Virus record (IMG/VR): IMGVR_UViG_3300013132_000063 | Coordinates: 1-54,776 of that record | Length of the DNA: 54,776 bases | Strand: one strand, 5' to 3' | Source of the DNA: a virus | Taxonomy: Duplodnaviria > Caudoviricetes | Shown: in pieces, positions 47,750 through 54,776 of the stretch | Layout of the letters: each line of letters starts with the position of its first letter | Position numbering within the stretch: position 1 is the stretch's first letter | Position numbers and translations under genes: made by a program | Notes under the pieces: generated by a model | Databases searched by the model: none | Told to the model about the DNA's origin: nothing | Seen by the model: the letters and a program-made list of their open reading frames with translations, nothing else

Positions 47750-47968
47750 CTATTCGCTTAGTAATGCTTTGAGAGCAGCAATCTTTGCTTTCACATCGGT
47801 TTTATCGCCATTGAGCGAGGCAATTGTTTCAGCATTAGGGGTCGCTACGCTATTAGCAGCAAGAATTGACATCTCGGTATTGAATAGCGAGTATTCAAGA
47901 TTACGGATGTGGTTCTCAATAATTGAGTTTTTATCCTCTTGCGATAGATATTCGTATGTCTCTGCCAT
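47750..47968 (-). CDS. Small helical protein
   Basis: AAGGAG RBS and TGcTATCAT extended -10 upstream; LSQEDKNSII..HIRNLEY. Confidence 0.7.
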   Translation of the reverse strand: MAETYEYLSQEDKNSIIENHIRNLEYSLFNTEMSILAANSVATPNAETIASLNGDKTDVKAKIAALKALLSE

Positions 47969-48022
47969 TTTTTCTCCTTCTTAGGGTTCTATGATAGCAC
48001 TTTGCTAGCCATAGTCTTTGGA

Positions 48023-48220
48023 TTACTCCAAATTCTGCAGTTCTTCTATATAAAATTGTCGCTCTGTTTGTTGCTCTAATAAGACTTCTGCTCTTGGTCT
48101 TTTCCCAGGAATATCTGCATCTGGACTATTAGTAATTCCTAAAGATAAGTTTTCTATCATAAAGTCAAGAAGTCCAATCTTGTCTTCTAAAAGTTTTTTC
48201 TTTTCTTCGTTAGTTATCAT
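48023..48220 (-). CDS. Small helical protein, possible paralog of 47750-47968
   Basis: MITNEEKKKLLEDKI resembles YLSQEDKNSIIENHI; ATG lies 2 nt after the upstream stop. Confidence 0.6.
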   Translation of the reverse strand: MITNEEKKKLLEDKIGLLDFMIENLSLGITNSPDADIPGKRPRAEVLLEQQTERQFYIEELQNLE

Positions 48221-48222
48221 TT

Positions 48223-51200
48223 TTATACCCATGGCGTATACGAACTATAAGAAGAAGTACCACCAGGGCCAGATGCTCTTACACGCATTCTTGACCATGC
48301 TTTTGTTGATGAACCATTTAATGTAGTTCCTGCCTGACTTCCAGATACAGTATTTGTATTTGTTCCTGTGCTTGAAGTAGCGTACTGAATTTGATAGTCA
48401 TATGAAGTAGCATTAAGCATAGAACTCCAACCGCCAGACCATAAATAAGTTGAACCAGAAACTCCGTTGTAATTCCAAAACGGGCTTGGAACTCCTGGGG
48501 GAGAAACAGTTGGAGCAGTTCCGCTAACAAATCTAGAAGTACCTAGTTTTTCTGAAGGAGAGATGCTAGAGACTCCAGAACGACTTCCAGTTCTTCCTCC
48601 GCCAGTTCCATCTGATGTTGAGTAGGCAGTTACGCTGTTAATTGTAAAAGTTTGACCCGCTAGTCCTTGAGACGCAGACGAGGCTTGAAGAAAGAATTCT
48701 TGAGAAGTAACAGCACCACCTACAATAAGTAAAGTCAATGTACTAGAACCAACAGTGTAATTAATTCTGTAAGAATTTGCTCCGCTAGATTGCCCCCAAG
48801 TTGCTGTTACTTTACCTTGCGTATTTCTTCCATACACTTGAACATTGTAAGTATTGCCAGCAGTTGTTGTCCAAAAATCATTAGATACAGCCCTTTCATT
48901 GTTTCTTGCTCCCTCTGTACCACCACTGATACTGCTGTACCAAGATGTTGTATTGCTGGTGTCATTCCAGTCATATCTAACTGGACTTGTTGTTCCAGAG
49001 TCCCAAGTAAGGCTAAAGGCATTTGGCTGGCTTGGAGTTGCTGTTGTATCAGCAATTTGATAGATAAAAGCACCTAAATCTGTGACATTTACAGTAGAAC
49101 TTCTTGACCTTCTACCATCAATAGTTTCTTGAACACCACCAAAAACTTTTTTTGCTCTACCAAATATAATAACTGTTTTAGTTCCTTCACTTACTACAGG
49201 AGATGTAAAACTTGACCCGATGTTTCTTTCAGAAATATTTCCTCCCGTATAAGAACCATAATAAAAACCAGCACCAGCAGAATCAACGCTTGAAACAGTA
49301 AATGTTGCATTGCCGTTGTTTGCTACCGAAAAAGCAGGTTGTCCAGGAACAATTCGTTCAGAAGTGCCAATTACAGTAGATGAAGGGCTGTTTTTGTATG
49401 TTGCTATAACCCTAAGCAACATATACTCTCCAATGTCACCAACAAGTGGAACTACGGTATTTCCAGTTCCTCTAGTGTATGAAGGCGGAAGACCTGATAC
49501 GTCACGAGTTATTCCCCAAGTCCTACTTATGTCCCATCCAGCATCTCCTAAAGCAGGAGTCCACGTTCCTGTATAACTAAATCCTAAAGTTTCTCCTGGC
49601 TCTGCTTGTCCAGTAATTGTTATCGTTCCAACAGAAGGAACTACATAAGTTAAGAATTCTGTTCTTGATTTTTGACGTGTTGCTACCTGTTGAAGACTTC
49701 CAGAAGTTAAACTGCTACTGCCCGAACTTGTGCCATTTCTAGAAAGACCTTCTCCAGCAGTATCGGTTGAGTACGCAACTACACTAGTTACAGAAACTGA
49801 CGGCGAATCTGAAGCATCATTTGCATATGTAAAGTCATAAAAAGTAACATTTCCAACATCAACTGTCGTTGTTAAAAATGCTGATTCAACGCGTCTAGTG
49901 TATGTAACTCTATAACTAAGAGCAGATGTTCCCGCTGGCTTAGTCCACGATATTCTTAGGTATTGAACTCTAGTGTTTCTGGCAGTAATTGTAGAAGTAT
50001 AATTTCCACTTTGAGCATACCCCCAGTAATCACTAGATACCGTTACAATATTATTTTGGCTTGTACCGTCTGGTCTAAACCACGCACTGTCGTATTCAGC
50101 AGCATTTGTTGCATCAGTCCAGTCAATTTCTACACGATTTATTATAGAGGCATTCTGTGCAAAAGCAGAAATAGTAAAGTCTCCAGGAGCACCATCAGTT
50201 GTAGTTCTATTTGTAAGGCTATAAGTAAAAGCAGAAGGTGAATCAAGAGTAACTTCATTAGAAAATCCAGAAGTAACTGTTGTTTGCCCGCTTTGCGCAG
50301 CCTGAACTTGAAATGTAAAAGTTCCAGAAAATGCTAAAGCACCGCTACTTGGATATGTGGCAAATAAACCTGTTCCAACTCCACCAGTGACGTTTCCAGA
50401 AGTGAAAAAAGAACCGTCTATATATAATCTCCATGTGTAAGTAATTGTGTTGTTATTGCCTCCATCAGAAGGGTCCCAGGTCATATATAACCTGTTTGGA
50501 TATAAGAAATAGTTATATTGAAGTAAAAGATTTGTTGGTGCTTGAAGTGTTCCATCACTAACATTTCTAGTTTGACCAGAAACTGTAGTTGGAGAACTAG
50601 GAGAACTTGTATGTGCTTCTATCTCATAATAAACGGGCTCTCCAACATATGAACTACTAAAAGGAACTTGAAAACGAGAAGCATTAGTTGGAGTTCTAGG
50701 GTCAGCAGGGTCTTCGTCACGAGAGTCTTTTACAGTTATTTCTCCATCAATAGTGTAAGTAAAAATATAATAATCAGGGCGTCTGTCATTAGTTATTTCA
50801 GAGGTATTTGACCAATCAGATGCACTCCAAAACACAAGTCGGTCTCCGCTATAAGGATTTATAGTTGCCCAATTGTATGTAGTTGTAAATGAGTCAAAGG
50901 CTCTGTATCCTGTAGAAAACTGCGTAGTTTGAAAAGCAACTCTTTTGTGAATTCTTACGTTATTGCTAAATTGTGTTTCTCCGCTTTTTACAACTCTAAA
51001 TCGCATGTATAGAAGGTAGTTATTAAGTGCGCTTTCAAGGCGAGTTACATCTGTGGTTGTAGTTTGATATGTAGTAGTTAAAGTTCCACCAGTGAGTGTT
51101 CCTGTAGCACCAGCACCAGTTTGAGTTGCCCAGTTGCTTTCATAATTACTTCCAACACCATATTGCCATGTATAAGTGTATGTGGCAGAGGTGTTAGACC

Positions 51201-51420
51201 CACGATACCCGTACAATAAATTGTTTACTGCTCTAGTACTAATTATATCTCCAGAGGCATTTCTAATTTCTGGTTGAAATGTTCCAGAAGAGAAAAACTG
51301 ACGCCAACTATTGTTGTCCCACATCCAGCCACTATTAATTTGACGCCAAGTAGAGTTATCCCACGTCCAAACGCTATTTATCTGACGCCAAATAGAGTTA
51401 TCCCATTGATAAATTGGCAT
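48223..51420 (-). CDS. Large tail-associated protein with fibronectin III/Ig-like domains
   Basis: Ser/Thr-rich beta repeats (APTNL...MTWDP...YTF; ISW...SYRVTY; SY.YQ...RVRA.GPGG.S.YS). Confidence 0.72.
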   Translation of the reverse strand: MPIYQWDNSIWRQINSVWTWDNSTWRQINSGWMWDNNSWRQFFSSGTFQPEIRNASGDIISTRAVNNLLYGYRGSNTSATYTYTWQYGVGSNYESNWATQTGAGATGTLTGGTLTTTYQTTTTDVTRLESALNNYLLYMRFRVVKSGETQFSNNVRIHKRVAFQTTQFSTGYRAFDSFTTTYNWATINPYSGDRLVFWSASDWSNTSEITNDRRPDYYIFTYTIDGEITVKDSRDEDPADPRTPTNASRFQVPFSSSYVGEPVYYEIEAHTSSPSSPTTVSGQTRNVSDGTLQAPTNLLLQYNYFLYPNRLYMTWDPSDGGNNNTITYTWRLYIDGSFFTSGNVTGGVGTGLFATYPSSGALAFSGTFTFQVQAAQSGQTTVTSGFSNEVTLDSPSAFTYSLTNRTTTDGAPGDFTISAFAQNASIINRVEIDWTDATNAAEYDSAWFRPDGTSQNNIVTVSSDYWGYAQSGNYTSTITARNTRVQYLRISWTKPAGTSALSYRVTYTRRVESAFLTTTVDVGNVTFYDFTYANDASDSPSVSVTSVVAYSTDTAGEGLSRNGTSSGSSSLTSGSLQQVATRQKSRTEFLTYVVPSVGTITITGQAEPGETLGFSYTGTWTPALGDAGWDISRTWGITRDVSGLPPSYTRGTGNTVVPLVGDIGEYMLLRVIATYKNSPSSTVIGTSERIVPGQPAFSVANNGNATFTVSSVDSAGAGFYYGSYTGGNISERNIGSSFTSPVVSEGTKTVIIFGRAKKVFGGVQETIDGRRSRSSTVNVTDLGAFIYQIADTTATPSQPNAFSLTWDSGTTSPVRYDWNDTSNTTSWYSSISGGTEGARNNERAVSNDFWTTTAGNTYNVQVYGRNTQGKVTATWGQSSGANSYRINYTVGSSTLTLLIVGGAVTSQEFFLQASSASQGLAGQTFTINSVTAYSTSDGTGGGRTGSRSGVSSISPSEKLGTSRFVSGTAPTVSPPGVPSPFWNYNGVSGSTYLWSGGWSSMLNATSYDYQIQYATSSTGTNTNTVSGSQAGTTLNGSSTKAWSRMRVRASGPGGTSSYSSYTPWV
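51294..51412 (-). repeat. Three tandem 42-bp units encoding WDNSxWRQINS
   Basis: QWDNSIWRQINSV / WTWDNSTWRQINSG / WMWDNNSWRQF. Confidence 0.8.
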
Positions 51421-51421
51421 T

Positions 51422-52588
51422 TCATGTATACCTAAAGACTATTTGTCCATATGTATGTCCAGAACTTGTGGGCTGTCCTGTCCCTTGGGATAGTGGTCCT
51501 TCATCATTTTCTACACCTAAAACAAGAGGTCCTTGTATTTCTACATACCAATCTCCATTATTCCAAAACGAAGACAAAGAAATAATGTCAGCATAATTTA
51601 CTGAATACTCGCCGTAGGTTCTTGTCGAGTTGCTATCAAATTCTATATAGTTAAGATTGCTACCAAATATAGAAATACCGCCATCTGTAGCAACAATTGA
51701 TGGAAACTTTTGGCCGCCTTGAGATACCTCATCGGCACCACCATAAATCATAATTCCATCATTGATGATAATTGTTCCGTCTTCTCCTGGGTCCCAGTTT
51801 TGTGCAATAGGTGTAATAAGTCCTACTCTAGAATCTGCATCGTAAAAAATAACATCATCTTCGTTAGTAATTTCTACACGTCGCCCTGAGCCAGAAGTTT
51901 TTATTGTAATACCAGAAATAGTTCCAGCAGTAATATTGTTTGCGTTTAAGGCTGTAGCAGCAATACGAGCAGCGTCTAAATTTCCAGTGCTGATGTTAGC
52001 AGCATTCATATTAACAACATTAATTGAATTTGCGTCAATAGTTCCAGCGGTAATTTTGTTGGCAGATATGCTTGCTAAAGCATTGTTTCCAAGTACAACC
52101 GCTTCACTCCAAGCAGAGCCTGTGTAACGATACATTTTGTTATCGTCGTCTTCGTCATACCAAAGGTCTCCAGTACTAGGGCTTTGGCCTGAAGTAGGAG
52201 CATTGTTCTGTCTAAAAATTTTATTTTTTCCATCAGCAGTGCTTTGCGCTGCACTAGCATCATCTCTTGCTTCCGTATCAACGGCTGGAAGTTGTATGTA
52301 GTTGTTCTGTGCTTCAGAGTAGACAGATGTGGTTCCTGCTGTCTCATTGATAACTAACAGACCGTCTTTAGGGTTTTCAATTGTGTTTGTTGGCTGGTCT
52401 GTGATAACAGTTGTTCCAAACGAAGCCTCGTCAGAGGTGACAGCGTTAACAGCAATAGAGGAGGTAGTTACTACTCTATTTTGTAGTTTTGTGCGGACAG
52501 GACGGCGCTCAAGGTAGCGTAAGCGGCGCTGAACCTCAGCAAGGTTTGTTCCTAAGTTTTTACTTCTGCGACGGCGTCTACTAGGCAT
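51422..52588 (-). CDS. Minor tail protein (host-specificity/tail-tip type)
   Basis: QRRLRYLER N-terminus, AQSTADGKNKIF, GDLWYD, ANKITAGTIDA repeats. Confidence 0.75.
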   Translation of the reverse strand: MPSRRRRRSKNLGTNLAEVQRRLRYLERRPVRTKLQNRVVTTSSIAVNAVTSDEASFGTTVITDQPTNTIENPKDGLLVINETAGTTSVYSEAQNNYIQLPAVDTEARDDASAAQSTADGKNKIFRQNNAPTSGQSPSTGDLWYDEDDDNKMYRYTGSAWSEAVVLGNNALASISANKITAGTIDANSINVVNMNAANISTGNLDAARIAATALNANNITAGTISGITIKTSGSGRRVEITNEDDVIFYDADSRVGLITPIAQNWDPGEDGTIIINDGIMIYGGADEVSQGGQKFPSIVATDGGISIFGSNLNYIEFDSNSTRTYGEYSVNYADIISLSSFWNNGDWYVEIQGPLVLGVENDEGPLSQGTGQPTSSGHTYGQIVFRYT

Positions 52589-54776
52589 TTCGTCTATCCT
52601 CCTTCCATTCGCTAATGAGTTCTAAATCTACCTTTTCTGGAAATGTTGGAACGTCAGGAACACTTACTTTGAACCCAACAATTTTACGGACAATAATGTC
52701 ACCTCTAGGCTCTAAGTCATCTCCTAAACGAAGACGCACGAAGTCGTCATCAATAATTATTGAGCACCAATCTCCTGGCAAGTAGTCGCCAACAACAGGG
52801 TTGAGTGAACCATTCACTGACATACTAAATGTCAACTCTGGCGGTCTTGCTTCTGCTAAAAACTCCTCTGCATAGTCATACAAAGCCTCTTCGCCAATAG
52901 CATCTTTCTGCTCCTCAATTAAATCTAAAACTGGCCAGCCAGCGCCAAGTAAGTCTGTAGCAGAAGCGGCAGCGTAGGGATTAGAAGCATCTCCACTCAA
53001 TCCGTCATTATTTCCGCCAACCCACATACGAGTCGCCGAGTCTTCAGCACTTTCATCAATTTTGAAGTTAAGAATGTTGCCTGGATACTCAAATACAAAC
53101 TGGTCAGCCCCAAGATAACTAATCGGATGAACAAGTCCAATGTAGCCAGAAGCAGCAGTAGAAGGAACATTTAGGTTGTAAGACTTGAATGTAAAAGTTG
53201 TTGATGTTGGAGCAGAGACAACAGTTTGAGTTCCATCAAAGTAATTACCAACATCAGAAACAACAACCTCTTCACCAACCTCAAGCCCGTGGGCTACTTC
53301 AGTTGTAAGGGTTGCTATGTTTGATGAAAGTTCTTTGTTTGTTACTCTAATTTTTGTTGGCGGGTCAAAGAATGGTACAAATCTAAATGTACGAGTAAAT
53401 TCATCATTTTGAAAGTCACAATCAATGCGATACTCAAAACCATTTAAGTCTTTAGCAAACTCTTCTAAAATTTCACCAAAGTAGCGAAGGTCAGAGCCTC
53501 TAAATACCTGCTGAGTTACGCCGATATATTTGCCACTTACATCTGCGGTAGAGGCGATATCCACATCTGAATTAGCAGAGAATGAGCCATAAGTTCCAGC
53601 AACAGCCCTTGCTCCCCACTTCACCACTCCGCCAAAGACACCTTCAGCAGTTACATTTAGAATCTTAAATAAGTTGTATCTAAATGTGGTTGAGTTGTCT
53701 ACCTTAGAGACAACATGAGTTCCGTCAAATACTTCATCATTTATCTCAACTACTATGCTTTTTCCAGCAGAAAGCCCGTGTGCGGCTGAAGTAACTAACA
53801 CAGCGCTTTTATAAGAAGCAACACCATCAACAACAGGAGTAGAGGCAATATTGGCAATAGTCTTTGCGTAGGTAAAAGTTGTAGTCGTAGGAGTGCTTGC
53901 TACAGTGTAAGTTCCGTTTAGGTTACTATCAACATTGGAGATACTTACCTCATCGCCCACCTGTAAATAGTGAGTTGCTGAAGTTGTGATGGTAACTATG
54001 TTGCTAGAAGCAACTTTGTTTGTGACAGAAAGTGAAGTAGTTTCTATTGCTTTAGATGTTACATTGTAAGAAGCCAGCCCGCTAACAGCGACAGGAGAAA
54101 TATTGGCAGGGCTCCCAGCAACATCAAATGTAAATGTTGTAGAGGTGGGTATTTCTTTGATAGTCACAAAACTATTCAAAGCATTGTCAACATCAACAAT
54201 TTCAAGAAGTTGTCCTTCTATAAAATCATGCGGCAAAGCAGTAGTCAGCGTGGCTACACCGCTAGTCATAGACTTGTTTGTAACTGCGTACTCTGTCTCA
54301 CTGGCAGGTTTGATTTCGTCATTGACAAATTCGTTCTCTCCAAAGTCATCGGAAAGCCAGCCAAGAATGTCTCTTGTCACATCATAAGAATCGACAATGG
54401 TTCTGGCTGTTCCAGTGCTTGAGTTTGAGGCAGCAAGAGTGGCTGCTGTGGTAAATGTAAAACTAGCCAAAGAAGGAATGCTTGCTATGGTGTGAGTTCC
54501 GTTTAGAGCAGAGTTTAGATTGAGAACTTTTACCTTATCTCCAGCAGAAAATCCGTGCTCTGTGTCTGTAAATACTGTTGCAGTTCCGCTTCCTGCTTGA
54601 TAGCGAGAACAATAAACTCCCTCAGAGCCATAATAAAGAGTCTGCCAAACAGCACGATGATAGAGATAACTTATAAACTCTTGACCATCAACTTGTAAAG
54701 TTTTATTCGCTGGGTCGTATGAGCGAGACCAGATTATTCCACCCCAGACGCAGACGCCATTACGAAGAATATAAAG
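52581..54776 (-). CDS. 5'-truncated siphovirus minor tail protein (hub-like) with multiple inserted modules
   Basis: Frame stays open past 54470 to the window edge (LYILRNGVCVWGGIIWSRSYD...); FEYPGNI, GWPVLD, YLPGDWC motifs. Confidence 0.8.
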   Translation of the reverse strand, partial: LYILRNGVCVWGGIIWSRSYDPANKTLQVDGQEFISYLYHRAVWQTLYYGSEGVYCSRYQAGSGTATVFTDTEHGFSAGDKVKVLNLNSALNGTHTIASIPSLASFTFTTAATLAASNSSTGTARTIVDSYDVTRDILGWLSDDFGENEFVNDEIKPASETEYAVTNKSMTSGVATLTTALPHDFIEGQLLEIVDVDNALNSFVTIKEIPTSTTFTFDVAGSPANISPVAVSGLASYNVTSKAIETTSLSVTNKVASSNIVTITTSATHYLQVGDEVSISNVDSNLNGTYTVASTPTTTTFTYAKTIANIASTPVVDGVASYKSAVLVTSAAHGLSAGKSIVVEINDEVFDGTHVVSKVDNSTTFRYNLFKILNVTAEGVFGGVVKWGARAVAGTYGSFSANSDVDIASTADVSGKYIGVTQQVFRGSDLRYFGEILEEFAKDLNGFEYRIDCDFQNDEFTRTFRFVPFFDPPTKIRVTNKELSSNIATLTTEVAHGLEVGEEVVVSDVGNYFDGTQTVVSAPTSTTFTFKSYNLNVPSTAASGYIGLVHPISYLGADQFVFEYPGNILNFKIDESAEDSATRMWVGGNNDGLSGDASNPYAAASATDLLGAGWPVLDLIEEQKDAIGEEALYDYAEEFLAEARPPELTFSMSVNGSLNPVVGDYLPGDWCSIIIDDDFVRLRLGDDLEPRGDIIVRKIVGFKVSVPDVPTFPEKVDLELISEWKEDRRNA

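Overview
A 54.8-kb segment of a tailed dsDNA phage genome. Two WhiB-family genes, several apparent leaderless promoters and modest GC point to a low-GC (probably freshwater) actinobacterial host; this is an inference. Left to right: (1) the end of a Pro-Glu-repeat acidic protein, a small membrane protein, a tandem-HTH protein and the terminase large subunit; (2) a convergent Prim-Pol/SF3-helicase and a small HTH gene; (3) a membrane protein, a Cys/His protein and a metallophosphoesterase; (4) a ~22-kb plus-strand array (8425-30428) of fibre/adhesin genes built from shuffled modules: five Gly-X-Thr collagens, two CBM-like repeat fibres, three glycine-rich proteins, a beta-propeller and small connectors; (5) an AT-rich island of putative tailoring enzymes (two 2OG-Fe(II) oxygenases, a flavin-dependent halogenase, two paralogous unknown proteins) followed by a GT2-TPR glycosyltransferase and a methyltransferase; (6) a minus-strand regulation/replication block (two WhiB, a possible T4 beta-glucosyltransferase-like protein, SSB, Sak4-like ATPase, PD-(D/E)XK nuclease, SNF2 helicase, RuvC, family A polymerase); (7) minus-strand tail proteins running off the right end. 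I recognised no capsid, portal, tape-measure, integrase, tRNA or CRISPR array. The best candidate for an undescribed system is a modular, possibly branched and glycosylated collagen fibre coat with its own tailoring enzymes. All family calls come from motif recognition by eye, without database searches.
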